Source: an uncultured Alphaproteobacteria bacterium (GTDB taxonomy: Bacteria > Pseudomonadota > Alphaproteobacteria > JALCBB01). Taken from it: a DNA stretch of 64,000 nucleotides. Position numbers and translations under genes: made by a program. Below the pieces are notes generated by a model, which made no database searches, was not told where the DNA came from, and was given only the letters and a program-made list of their open reading frames with translations. Positions within the stretch are counted from its first letter, which is position 1, and each line of letters begins with the position of its first letter. Positions 11,021 through 20,238 of this stretch are shown piece by piece. The stretch lies in the NCBI GenBank assembly GCA_958267355.1, contig OY279575.1:1246295-1310294 (forward strand), read 5' to 3'.

Positions 11021-11023
11021 CCT

Positions 11024-12034
11024 ATGAGCGGCACGGCAACAAAAGCAAGCGACGGAGCAAAACGGCTTGTTCCGTGTGGCTGGGGGCATTACCTGCCCGA
11101 GAAAGTGCTGACCAACGCTGAGCTTTCGCAAGCCTTGGACACATCAGACGAATGGATTCGCCAACGCACGGGAATACGCCAACGGCATATTGTCGCGGAT
11201 GATGAAAGCACTTTGACTCTTGCTGAGCGGGCGAGCCGCCAGGCGTTGGCGCATGCGGGTTGGCGTGCGAGTGAAGTTGATTTGGTGTTGGTTGCGACGG
11301 CGACTCCTGATATGACATTTCCGTCTGTGTCGTGTCTTTTGCAGGAAGCCTTGGGATGCAGGCCTGGTGGAGCGGCATTTGACATTCAAGCGGCGTGTTC
11401 GGGTTTCATATACGGACTTAGCGTTGCTGACGCGCTTGCTAAAAGCGGAGACTTTGCGAAGATTTTGCTGGTGGGTTCTGAGACTTTCAGCCGCATATTG
11501 GATTGGCAAGATCGCCGTACGGCGGTGTTGTTTGGCGATGGGGCGGGTGCTGTTGCCTGTGAAGTTCGCGGTGGGGCTACGGCGGGTTCTGGTGGTGCGG
11601 GCGTGTTATCTACGCATTTGTTTGCTGATGGCAAGCATGCGCAGGCGTTGCGTTCGTCGGGAGGGATTTCGCTGACGCGCACGGCGGGTGTGGTGGAGAT
11701 GGACGGGCGTGAAGTTTATCGTCATGCGGTTGTGCGTATGGCGGAAGCGATTGAAGTGGCTTTGTCGGCGCACGGCTTGACTTCGGCGGATATTGATTGG
11801 TTTGTGCCGCATCAGGCGAACTTGCGTTTGATGGAGACGATGGCGGAGCGGTTGCATTTACCACGCGAGCAGATGTTGAGTCCTGTTGAGCGGCACGCGA
11901 ATACTTCGGCGGCGTCTATTCCCTTGGCGATATCGGAAGCGGCGGCGGAGGGAAAGTTTAAGTCTGGTGATTTGCTGTTGCTGGAAGCTTTGGGGGCGGG
12001 CTTTACTTGGGGGTCTGCACTGCTTAGATGGTAG
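11024..12034 (+). CDS. fabH: 3-oxoacyl-ACP synthase III FabH
   Basis: GWGHYLPEKVLTNAEL...AACSGFIYGL...GAGFTWGSALLRW; 336 aa. Confidence 0.93.
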   Translation: MSGTATKASDGAKRLVPCGWGHYLPEKVLTNAELSQALDTSDEWIRQRTGIRQRHIVADDESTLTLAERASRQALAHAGWRASEVDLVLVATATPDMTFPSVSCLLQEALGCRPGGAAFDIQAACSGFIYGLSVADALAKSGDFAKILLVGSETFSRILDWQDRRTAVLFGDGAGAVACEVRGGATAGSGGAGVLSTHLFADGKHAQALRSSGGISLTRTAGVVEMDGREVYRHAVVRMAEAIEVALSAHGLTSADIDWFVPHQANLRLMETMAERLHLPREQMLSPVERHANTSAASIPLAISEAAAEGKFKSGDLLLLEALGAGFTWGSALLRW

Positions 12035-12273
12035 TTGTGGTGGGTGTGGTGGTACTTGTGGCGGTAGGTGTTGTCTTGGCTGTTGTGGCACGAGCTGGTG
12101 CGGAACATTTAGCGCAATGAACTGCTTGGAGAATAAAAGTTTGCGGAATTAATTGTTTTAATTGTTGGGCTATGAAATGCCTTGAAATGGGTTTGCGTCC
12201 GTGCAATACTACGGGTCTGACGAACGGATGCACCTTAGGTGATGTTTTTGGAGGAAAAGGGGGGTATAGTTTT

Positions 12274-12618
12274 ATGAGCAATTCGCTCACGCGCAAAGAC
12301 ATCTATGAAAAGGTGCGCGAGCAAGTTGGCTTGCCCTATGCGGAGTCGCATCGTTTATTGGATCAGATGTTTGTGATTGTCCGCGAGGGATTGAAACGCG
12401 GCGAAGATATTAAGATTGCGCGGTTTGGAGTTTTTGCGGTGCATCACAAGAAGGCGCGGATTGGACGTAATCCGAAGACGAAGCGTGAAGTGATGATTAG
12501 CGAACGTTATTCTATAAGTTTTCGTGCATCGGGATTGTTGAAGGAGCGGATACGCCACGCTAACCAACAAGCCACTCAACGAGCTAACCAACAAGCCAAT
12601 CGGAAGCAGGAGCCTTGA
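12274..12618 (+). CDS. ihfA: integration host factor subunit alpha
   Basis: MSNSLTRKDIYEKV...IARFGVFAVHHKKARIGRNPKTKREV; C-terminus carries the ANQQATQRANQQAN repeat; the ORF upstream extension (12172) is not homologous. Confidence 0.85.
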   Translation: MSNSLTRKDIYEKVREQVGLPYAESHRLLDQMFVIVREGLKRGEDIKIARFGVFAVHHKKARIGRNPKTKREVMISERYSISFRASGLLKERIRHANQQATQRANQQANRKQEP

Positions 12619-12621
12619 GCT

Positions 12622-13584
12622 ATGGTGGCTTCTTCTGCTGGACGGGCTACTGCTTTGCCGACGGGGGCGGAGGAATCGCCTGAATCCCCTGAAATTGGCG
12701 GTGGGCTTGGCGGAAAGGCGCAAGAAACTGCGGAAAAACCTGCGGACAAGCCACAAGAAAAGTCGCAAATTGGGCAAGACGCGCAAGAAGGGCAGGAATT
12801 GGCGGAAAATTCTGGCTTATCTGCGGCTTCTTCGGTGGAAGCGGCTTTCGGGCAGGACAGTAGCCAGACCCGCAAGCAGACCCACAAGCAGACAGGCGAT
12901 GAGGCAAGCGAGCGGGCAAGGGGGCAGGTAAGCCCCCAAACAGGCTCTCACGGAGCCACAGGTGCCACTGGAGCGGTTTTTTCTGGTTCTGGTGCTATTC
13001 CCCCCTCTAGCCCTGTTCTTGCCGCTGTGGAGCCACCAGAAGCCGCTCCAGATGGGGGAATCGCCTTAGGGGCAGGGACTACTTCGCAAGTTGTGGCTTT
13101 TCCTGTGCGCGAGCCAGCGGCACAGCCCATTCCACAGCCCAGCACTCCGCCTACCCCACAGAACAGCACCCAGCCCGCCCCACAGCCTAGCGAGCTAGCC
13201 AAGGGAATTCCTGTTTCGCCTGTTGGTGTTAAACCTGCGAAGGCTTCTTTGACGAAGATTCAGAGCAAGGATGCACTGCGGGGTATTCGTGAAGCGGCGC
13301 AAGAAATTGGCGTGGAGCCGCATGTCTTGCGTTTTTGGGAGACTCGTTTTTCGGCTTTGAAGCCGATTAAGCATGCTGGCGGCAGGCGACTCTATCGTCC
13401 GCAAGATATGGAGCTTTTGCGCCGTATTTATGCTTTGTTGCGCGAAGATGGTATGACCATCAAGGGAGCGGCAAAAGTGATTGGCAATCGTGCTGGACGT
13501 GCTGAGGCAAAAAACGACAGCTTGCGCATCCGCGCCAACGAGATCTTGCACATCGCCGACGAGCTAGAATCCCTATTTAAGTAG
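12622..13584 (+). CDS. MerR family transcriptional regulator, with a ~220-aa Pro/Ala/Gln-rich N-terminal region of uncertain translation
   Basis: C-terminal IREAAQEIGVEPHVLRFWETRFSALKPIKHAGGRRLYRPQDMELLRRIYALLREDGMTIKGAA is a MerR-type HTH; the ihfA-merR adjacency is conserved; a TTG near 13240 is an alternative start. Confidence 0.6.
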   Translation: MVASSAGRATALPTGAEESPESPEIGGGLGGKAQETAEKPADKPQEKSQIGQDAQEGQELAENSGLSAASSVEAAFGQDSSQTRKQTHKQTGDEASERARGQVSPQTGSHGATGATGAVFSGSGAIPPSSPVLAAVEPPEAAPDGGIALGAGTTSQVVAFPVREPAAQPIPQPSTPPTPQNSTQPAPQPSELAKGIPVSPVGVKPAKASLTKIQSKDALRGIREAAQEIGVEPHVLRFWETRFSALKPIKHAGGRRLYRPQDMELLRRIYALLREDGMTIKGAAKVIGNRAGRAEAKNDSLRIRANEILHIADELESLFK

Positions 13585-14021
13585 CACCTTGCCTGAAACA
13601 AAGTCAGGGTTAGGCTCTACTTCCCCGTCTTTGTCTTACTGGTGGGTTAAGCCTTTATAGGGCTTCGTCTCAAAGTTAATCTGTGCCTTCCCCATCTTTA
13701 CAGTACCCTGATTTCTGAGCCGCAAAAAAATGGGTTGGGGTTAGGCTTTACTTCAACATTTAATTTACGCACCCTTGCGGGTGCTTTTGCTCGCGCAAGC
13801 GCGAGCGTCCGCTTCGCTACGCTCGTTTCACTCCGCTACGCTCGCGCTCGTGCGCTACGCGCACTCGGTGGGTCTTCATCTCCATAACGGGAGCCAGTTA
13901 ATCCCACTAATCTTACGCTCCCCCCGTTAGGGGCTTCGGCTCAATTAACCCGTCACTAAAACTATGGGGCTTAACAGCTGGTGGGAGCAACAAGGCCTGG
14001 CACGAATGCCCCACCGCAAGG
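13585..14021 (+). repeat. composite dispersed element (modules C+A) running from the merR stop codon to the tRNA-Pro 3' end
   Basis: related copies at 38035-38365, 34283-34620 (rc), 52145-53391 (rc/mosaic), 31167-31645, 36377-36850 and 46346-46762 (rc). Confidence 0.85.
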
Positions 14022-14098
14022 TGGTCGGAGCGGCGGGATTTGAACCCACGACCTCCTGCGCCCCATGCAGGCGCGCTACCAAGCTGCGCTACGCTCCG
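14022..14098 (-). tRNA. tRNA-Pro (GGG)
   Basis: rc gives cggagcg-ta-gcgcagcttggtagcgc-g-cctgc-aTGGGGc-gcagg-aggtc-gtgggttcaaatcccgc-cgctccg-a-CCA; cloverleaf with anticodon GGG, G37, CCA encoded. Confidence 0.85.
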
Positions 14099-14149
14099 AG
14101 AGAGGGGGAATTTTTGGGGAGGGAATTTTGGGCGAAGTATTTGGGGTGC

Positions 14150-14320
14150 GGTATTGGGGCGGGGTGGAGTTTATAGCGGGATAGCGTGGGGTGTATAGCG
14201 GGGCGGAGCGGAGTTGAGTCTATAGCGGGATAGCGTGGGGTGTATAGCGGGACGGGGTGGAGTTTATAGCGGGATGGCGTGGGGGTATAGCGGGGTGGAG
14301 TGGAGTGTATAGCCTTTGTG
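14150..14320. repeat. tandem repeat, ~44-bp unit (gcgggatagcgtggggtgtatagcggg...) ~4 copies
   Basis: direct reading. Confidence 0.8.
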
Positions 14321-14393
14321 GGTTTTCTACTAGGCGAGTTGGGGGAAGCTAGGCTGATTTGCGGTAGTGGGGGTTAGGCTTTGCGGACAGGCT

Positions 14394-15458
14394 TTAGGCT
14401 TTGCGGGCTTGGCTGAAGCCTGCAAGGTAGCTGGAAACATTTTCGCCGATATTTTCTATGTCGTATCCGCCTTCTAGTATGAAGACAGTGGGTAGGTTGA
14501 GCTGGGCGATCATACGTCCTGCTTCTAGGTAGTCTTCTTGGGTTAGGCGGAAGAAAGACAGCGGGTCGTTGTGGAAGGTATCTACACCGAGTGAGACGAC
14601 TAAGGCTTCGGCTCCGTAGTCTGTGTAGTAGCGGCAGGCTTGGTTGAGTCCTTCTTGCCACAGGTTCCATCCCGTGCCGGGCGGGTAGGGAAAGTTTAGG
14701 TTAAAGCCTTCGCCGACTCCTGAGCCGCGTTCGTCGGCGTAGCCTAGAAAGTTGGGGAAGGTGTGTTCGGGGTCTCCGTGGAGTGAAATGTAATAGACAT
14801 CTTTGCGGTCGTAGAAGATTTCCTGTGTGCCGTTGCCGTGGTGGAAGTCTACATCTAGCACGGCGACTCGTTCGGCTCCTGCGTGGATGAAGTCTTGGGC
14901 GGCGATGGCAGCGTTATTTAAGAAGCAGTATCCGCCGTATTGGTTTTTTGATGCGTGGTGACCAGGCGGACGACACAAGCCGAAGGCGGCTCCTAATCCG
15001 TTGCGTACGGCGGCGGTTGCGGTCAGGGCGGTTTGTGCCGCCCAGTAAGCCGCTTGCCAGGTGCCTTCTTGGATTGTGGTTTCGGCGGCAAGAGCGTAAT
15101 AGCCGACTCGTCCTTCTAGGTCGTGAGCGGGGGGTACGGTGCGTCCTGGCATGGAGCGCGAAGGCCAGACTGAAGGCACAACATCGTTTTTGTTGCCAGC
15201 GGCGTTCCAGGCTTGCCAGATGGTGCGTAGGAACTCCACATAGTCGGAGTCGTGTATGGCGAGAATCATCTCACTGCCGAAGTCATCAGGCTTGTGCAGG
15301 TCATCGGGCTTGCACAGGGTTCCGCCGCCGAAGGAGAGCAATCCTTCGCGGACTGCTTCGGCGCGTTGTGGGATTTCCACAGGGGCGCGGAAGCCGCCGC
15401 CAGCCAGCTCGTTGGCAGGTGCGTGCAGGGCGTGTTTTTCGGAAAAAACTGTCAGCAT
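14394..15458 (-). CDS. histone deacetylase-family amidohydrolase (AcuC/HDAC-like)
   Basis: VLDVDFHHGNGTQEIFY...YISLHGDP...FILEGGY motifs of the arginase/deacetylase fold. Confidence 0.85.
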   Translation of the reverse strand: MLTVFSEKHALHAPANELAGGGFRAPVEIPQRAEAVREGLLSFGGGTLCKPDDLHKPDDFGSEMILAIHDSDYVEFLRTIWQAWNAAGNKNDVVPSVWPSRSMPGRTVPPAHDLEGRVGYYALAAETTIQEGTWQAAYWAAQTALTATAAVRNGLGAAFGLCRPPGHHASKNQYGGYCFLNNAAIAAQDFIHAGAERVAVLDVDFHHGNGTQEIFYDRKDVYYISLHGDPEHTFPNFLGYADERGSGVGEGFNLNFPYPPGTGWNLWQEGLNQACRYYTDYGAEALVVSLGVDTFHNDPLSFFRLTQEDYLEAGRMIAQLNLPTVFILEGGYDIENIGENVSSYLAGFSQARKA

Positions 15459-15534
15459 TCTCTGATGCTTCTAGGATACCGCGTCTGTGGAGCAAAAACA
15501 AACGCGGCATCAGCGTAGTGCCAGCGTGGCGTTA

Positions 15535-15800
15535 GCGTAGTGTTAGCGTGGCTTATGCGTGGCTTATATGGCTTGTGTGTCGCTTATGTGGCTTGTGTGT
15601 GGCTTGTATGGCTTGTGCGTAGCTTATGTGGCTTGTGTGTGGCTTATATGGCTTGTGTGTGGCTTATATGGCTTGTGCGTGGCTTATATGGCTTGTGCGT
15701 AGCTTATGTGGCTTGTGCGTAGCTTATGTGGCTTGTGCGTAGCTTATATGGCTTGTGCGTGGTGTTTATGTGGTTTGTGTGTTCTGCGTGTTCTGTGTGC
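15535..15800. repeat. tandem repeat, 24-bp unit (gtggcttgtgtgtggcttatatggc) x~10
   Basis: direct reading; yields spurious LCVAY-repeat ORFs. Confidence 0.85.
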
Positions 15801-15874
15801 TCTCTTTGCTCTCTGTGCGTTATTCGCCTGCCGTTTGCGTGGCGGATACGACTGCTATACTCTGCAGCCTGCCT

Positions 15875-15947
15875 GTCCCCTTCGTCTAGAGGCCTAGGAC
15901 ACCGCCCTCTCACGGCGGCAACAGGGGTTCGAATCCCCTAGGGGACG
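15875..15947 (+). tRNA. tRNA-Glu (CTC)
   Basis: gtccccttcgtctagaggcctaggacaccgccctCTCacggcggcaacaggggttcgaatcccctaggggacg; near-identical to E. coli tRNA-Glu but with anticodon CTC. Confidence 0.85.
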
Positions 15948-15949
15948 CA

Positions 15950-16205
15950 ATACACCCTAGACGCACCTAAGCCACTCCCTAGATGCACCCTAAACGCACC
16001 TAAGCCACACCTAAGCCACACCCAAGCCACACTTTAAGCCCCACCCAAGCCACACCCAAGCCAAAGTACAAGCACTTTTTTCAAGCCTTTTTTCTGCCCC
16101 ATCTTGCTAAGCTCTAACCCTTGCTACGACTTAACCCTTGCTACGCCCTATCCTTGCTACGACTTAACTCTTGCTACAACTTAACCCTTGCTACGACTTA
16201 ACTCT
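15950..16205. repeat. two adjacent tandem repeats (cacctaagccacac units, then cccttgctacgacttaac 18-bp x5)
   Basis: direct reading. Confidence 0.8.
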
Positions 16206-17720
16206 GGCTACGAAATGCACTCCATCAGTTCGCTTTTGAATGGCACGGCAGTTGGCTCTGCGGACTCAACGGCTACTTCTCCTGTCTTTGACCCAGCGAC
16301 AGGAGTGCAGACAGCAGAGCTACACAACGCCAATGCAGCTCTGGTAGATAAAGCCGTGCAGAGCGCAAGCCAAGCAGCTCCTGCTTGGGGAGATCTGGCA
16401 ACAGCAAAGCGGGCTTCGCTGTTCTTTCGTCTTCACCAAATCTTAGACGCAAACCGCGACAGCATTGCGCGGGCGATTAGTGCCGAACACGGCAAAACCC
16501 ACGGAGATGCACTCGGCGAAGTCTCTCGTGGCATTGAAGTAGTAGAATTTGCCTGCGGACTTACCAAGCAAACCGCAGGCACTTTTTCGCCCCAAGCGGC
16601 AACGGGAATTGATGTCTATGACTTCCGCCAGCCGTTGGGTGTAGTGGCGGGGATAACGCCTTTTAACTTTCCGTTTATGGTGCCGATGTGGATGGCACCA
16701 ATGGCTTTGGCATGTGGCAATGCGTTTATCTTGAAGCCATCAGAACGCGACCCATCCGCTTCGTTGCTGTTGCATCAATATTTTATGGAAGCGGGCTTTC
16801 CGCCCGAAGTCTTGCAGGTGATCCACGGCGGCAAAGAAGCCGTGGATGCACTTCTCACACACGAGCAAATTGCCGCGGTAAGCTTTGTCGGCTCAACCGC
16901 GATTGCGCGTTATATCTACGAAACTGCAACCGCCCACGGCAAACGAGTCCAAGCCTTAGGCGGAGCAAAAAATCATATGGTGATCTTGCCCGATGCTGAT
17001 TTAGAAGCAGCGGCGAATGCACTTATGGGTGCGGCTTTTGGTTCAGCAGGTGAGCGTTGTATGGCAATTTCTGTTGCAGTACCCGTGGGCAAAGAAACCG
17101 CCGACAAGCTTGTCGCTCTACTCAAAGAAAAAATCCACGCTCTGAAGATTGCACCCGCCACAGACGAAACCGCCGAAATGGGCCCGTTGATTACAGCGGA
17201 AGCACAAAAGCGCGTACTAGACTTCATCTCCACAGGCGAAGAAGAAGGCGCGGAAGTGGTTTGCGATGGGCGGGGCTTTACTCCGCCCGCAGGATGCGAA
17301 CAGGGCTTTTTTGTCGGCGGAACTTTATTAGACAAGGTGACTCCCGCAATGCGGGTTTGGCAGGAAGAAATCTTCGGCCCTGTGCTTTCTGTTGTCCGTG
17401 CTGACTCGGCTGAAGAAGCGTTAGCTGTTGTCAATCAACATCCCTACGGCAACGGCACGGCACTTTTCACCCGCAACGGAGAAGCCGCACGGTCTTTTGT
17501 CCGTGGTGTGAAGGCAGGTATGGTCGGAATCAATGTGCCGATACCCGTGCCTGTCTCGTGGCACTCCTTCGGCGGCTGGAAAAGCTCGCTGTTCGGAGCC
17601 AACGCCATCTACGGCACAGAAGGGTTAAACTTTTACTCCAAGCTCAAGACCGTCACCGCCCGTTGGCATTCTGCTGAAAGTAAAGACGCAGCGCAGTTTC
17701 ACTTTCCGACTCTTGCTTAG
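16188..17720 (+). CDS. mmsA: CoA-acylating methylmalonate-semialdehyde dehydrogenase
   Basis: aldehyde dehydrogenase fold with FGSAGERCMA active site and GWKSSLFG C-terminal motif typical of MmsA; start could be the second ATG (MHSISS). Confidence 0.85.
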   Translation: MLRLNSGYEMHSISSLLNGTAVGSADSTATSPVFDPATGVQTAELHNANAALVDKAVQSASQAAPAWGDLATAKRASLFFRLHQILDANRDSIARAISAEHGKTHGDALGEVSRGIEVVEFACGLTKQTAGTFSPQAATGIDVYDFRQPLGVVAGITPFNFPFMVPMWMAPMALACGNAFILKPSERDPSASLLLHQYFMEAGFPPEVLQVIHGGKEAVDALLTHEQIAAVSFVGSTAIARYIYETATAHGKRVQALGGAKNHMVILPDADLEAAANALMGAAFGSAGERCMAISVAVPVGKETADKLVALLKEKIHALKIAPATDETAEMGPLITAEAQKRVLDFISTGEEEGAEVVCDGRGFTPPAGCEQGFFVGGTLLDKVTPAMRVWQEEIFGPVLSVVRADSAEEALAVVNQHPYGNGTALFTRNGEAARSFVRGVKAGMVGINVPIPVPVSWHSFGGWKSSLFGANAIYGTEGLNFYSKLKTVTARWHSAESKDAAQFHFPTLA

Positions 17721-17737
17721 TTCGGTGCCAAGCGACA

Positions 17738-17812
17738 CACCTTTAGCGAAACATCTTTAACGAAACATCTTTAACGAAACATCTTTAGCGAAGCATCTTT
17801 AACGACACGCCT
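17738..17812. repeat. tandem repeat, 16-bp unit (cgaaacatctttaa) x4
   Basis: direct reading. Confidence 0.8.
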
Positions 17813-17831
17813 TGAAGCGACAAATTTTTCT

Positions 17832-19088
17832 ATGGCAACGAAACGCAAAGCCGCCAAAAGTACTTCTCCGTTCGGCAGGGGAGACGCGGCATTCCTACGC
17901 CAAGACCTTAGGGGAATAGCCCCCGAAATAGCCTATGCTGGCGCAACTTCGTTTTTGCGCAGACGCTATAGCCGTGATTTATCTGAAGCTGACCTTGCGG
18001 TGGTGGGTGTGCCGTATGACTTGGCGACGACAAATCGCTCGGGTGCGCGTCTTGGCCCGCGAGCTATTCGTGCGGCTTCGGCGATGATTGCCTGTTGGAC
18101 ACGCATCTACCCATGGGACTTTGACCCTATGCTCCGTATTGCTGTTGCCGATTGGGGCGATGTAGCTTTTGACCACGGACTGCCAGACAAGATTCCCGAC
18201 ACCATCACCCAGACCTTCCGTGAAATCTTGGCGAGCGACACGGCTACCCTTGCTTTGGGTGGAGATCATTTTATGACCTATCCGATCTTGCGTGCCTACG
18301 CCGAAAAGTATGGGGCTTTATCGTTGATTCACTTTGACGCGCATAGTGATACTTGGCGCGATAGTCATAACCGCATTGACCACGGCACGATGTTTTTTCA
18401 TGCGGCACGGGCGGGTTTGGTTGTGCCTGAGCGTTCGGCACAAATTGGCTTGCGGACATACAATCCTGAAAGCCACGGTTTTAATATCTTTGATGCACGC
18501 ACCGTCAAGCAAAGGGGAGCCAAAGTCGTAGCCCGTGAAGTGCGCAAGCTTGTCGGGCAGAACAAATGCTACCTGACTTTTGACATTGACTGCCTAGACC
18601 CTGCCTACGCACCTGGCACGGGCACACCTGAAATGGGCGGACTAACTAGCTACGAAGCCCAAGAACTGCTCTACGGCTTGCGGGGGATTAACTTGGTGGG
18701 AGCTGATGTGGTGGAAGTGGCTCCGCCTTTTGACCAGGCGGAAATTACGGCTTTGGCGGCGGCGACAATTGGTTTTATGCAGATTTCATTGTTTGCGGAA
18801 AATTTCCCTATGCACGAGCGTGAGAAGAGCCGTGCGCGGCACCTGGCTCGTGCGTCTGCCAAGGCTTCAAGGGGCAAGAAGTCAGCTACCAAGCGGAGTA
18901 TAAAAACAAAAAGAAAAACTAGGGTACAATCTGGAGTACAATCTAAGCCCAAGCCAAAAACCAAGCCAAAAACAAAAACCAAACCCAAGGCGAAAACAAA
19001 AGCCAAGGCAAAAACAAAGTCCAAGGCGAAAGCCAAGGCGAAAACAAAAGCCAAGGCAAAAGCCAAATCCAAGACTCGCAAAAGCTAG
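17832..19088 (+). CDS. speB: agmatinase/ureohydrolase family protein with a ~60-aa Lys/Ala/Pro-rich histone-H1-like C-terminal tail
   Basis: GGDHFMTYPILRAY...IHFDAHSDTW...DIDCLDPAYAPGTGTPEMGG arginase-family metal-binding motifs; tail KPKPKTKPKTKTKPKAKTKAKAKTKSKAKAKAKTKAKAKAKSKTRKS. Confidence 0.8.
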   Translation: MATKRKAAKSTSPFGRGDAAFLRQDLRGIAPEIAYAGATSFLRRRYSRDLSEADLAVVGVPYDLATTNRSGARLGPRAIRAASAMIACWTRIYPWDFDPMLRIAVADWGDVAFDHGLPDKIPDTITQTFREILASDTATLALGGDHFMTYPILRAYAEKYGALSLIHFDAHSDTWRDSHNRIDHGTMFFHAARAGLVVPERSAQIGLRTYNPESHGFNIFDARTVKQRGAKVVAREVRKLVGQNKCYLTFDIDCLDPAYAPGTGTPEMGGLTSYEAQELLYGLRGINLVGADVVEVAPPFDQAEITALAAATIGFMQISLFAENFPMHEREKSRARHLARASAKASRGKKSATKRSIKTKRKTRVQSGVQSKPKPKTKPKTKTKPKAKTKAKAKTKSKAKAKAKTKAKAKAKSKTRKS

Positions 19089-19090
19089 CT

Positions 19091-19567
19091 ATGACTTCTA
19101 CGACCCAAAAGCCATCGGGCAAAAAGCCTGCGCAGGAAGCCAGCCAAGACAGCGACGCGCCACCTTTCGGCGAAAGTGCGCGTTCTGTGGCGGAAGAATT
19201 TGTCGCTCGCGGAGCAGACGCACTATCAGGAGCGGCAGGTTTGTTGCAGGGTGTGGAACGTGAAAGCCGCACCCAGTTCCGCGATGTGAGTCGGCGTATG
19301 GCGCGTAGGCTTGAGCTGGTGGAAGAAGAAGAGTTTTTGGCGTTGCGCGAGCAGGTGCGAGATTTATCAAAGCGCGTGGCGGTGCTTGAGGGCAAAAAGC
19401 CCGCAAAAAAATCTACACGGAAAAAATCTACACTGAAAAAATCCACACGCAAAAAATCTACACGCAAGACTACACGCAAAAAATCTACACAAAAGAAATC
19501 CAACAAGCAGACAAGCCGCAAGAAGACAACGAAGAAAGCGAAGAAATCTTCAGCCAAAAGAAAATAA
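19091..19567 (+). CDS. UbiK/BMFP (YqiC) family accessory factor with a Lys-rich C-terminal tail
   Basis: core GLLQGVERESRTQFRDVSRRMARRLELVEEEEFLALREQVRDLSKRVAVLE resembles UbiK/BMFP coiled-coil proteins; followed by a KKSTRKKST repeat tail (~70 aa). Confidence 0.55.
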   Translation: MTSTTQKPSGKKPAQEASQDSDAPPFGESARSVAEEFVARGADALSGAAGLLQGVERESRTQFRDVSRRMARRLELVEEEEFLALREQVRDLSKRVAVLEGKKPAKKSTRKKSTLKKSTRKKSTRKTTRKKSTQKKSNKQTSRKKTTKKAKKSSAKRK

Positions 19568-19599
19568 GCCAAAAGAATCCGCCGAAGGAAAATCCGCCG

Positions 19600-20040
19600 A
19601 TGGGTGCAGACAACACATTAGAAATGGCGCAGACGCTAAACGCTGTGCCTGAGTTAATCTTCCGCATCTGGACAGAAGCCGAGCAGTTGCGTAGCTGGTT
19701 TGGCGGCACGGGGTTTGAAGTGGTGGAGGCAAGTGCCGATGCGCAGGTGGGTGGCAAGTGGTCTGTGACCCTGCGCGGAGCTGATAGCGGCAACGAGTGG
19801 CAAGCGGTGGGTGAATACCGCGAGCTGGACTCACCCCATCGCATTGCGATGACTATGGCGTGGTTGATGGGTGAGGGAAATCGCTCTGAAGAAAGTTTGC
19901 TGACTCTTGTGCTCACAGCCCAAGGCGACAAAACCGAAGTTGCGCTCACCCAGACGGGTTTTAATTCTCCTGAAATGCGCGACAGGCACCGCGATGGCTG
20001 GCAGTCTTCGTTTGCTCTGATGGAGAAAAACTTTACTTGA
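19600..20040 (+). CDS. SRPBCC/AHSA1-family protein
   Basis: ELIFRIWTEAEQLRSWFGG and overall fold pattern of Activator-of-Hsp90-ATPase-like SRPBCC proteins. Confidence 0.65.
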   Translation: MGADNTLEMAQTLNAVPELIFRIWTEAEQLRSWFGGTGFEVVEASADAQVGGKWSVTLRGADSGNEWQAVGEYRELDSPHRIAMTMAWLMGEGNRSEESLLTLVLTAQGDKTEVALTQTGFNSPEMRDRHRDGWQSSFALMEKNFT

Positions 20041-20225
20041 AGCTCTGTCAATTAAATCCCTGTCAATTAAACTTCCACTACTTAAACCCCTGATAATTAA
20101 AGCCCTGATAATTAAAGCCCGTTAATAAACTCGTGATAATTAAAGCCCGTTAATAAACCCCCGATAATTAAACTTCTATCAATTAAATCCCTGTTAATTA
20201 AACTCTGGTTAATTAAACTCCTATC
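20041..20225. repeat. AT-rich tandem repeat, ~13/26-bp unit (cctgataattaaagcccgttaataaac)
   Basis: direct reading; an AT-rich island in a GC-rich background. Confidence 0.85.
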
Positions 20226-20238
20226 GCTGAACTCCCCA

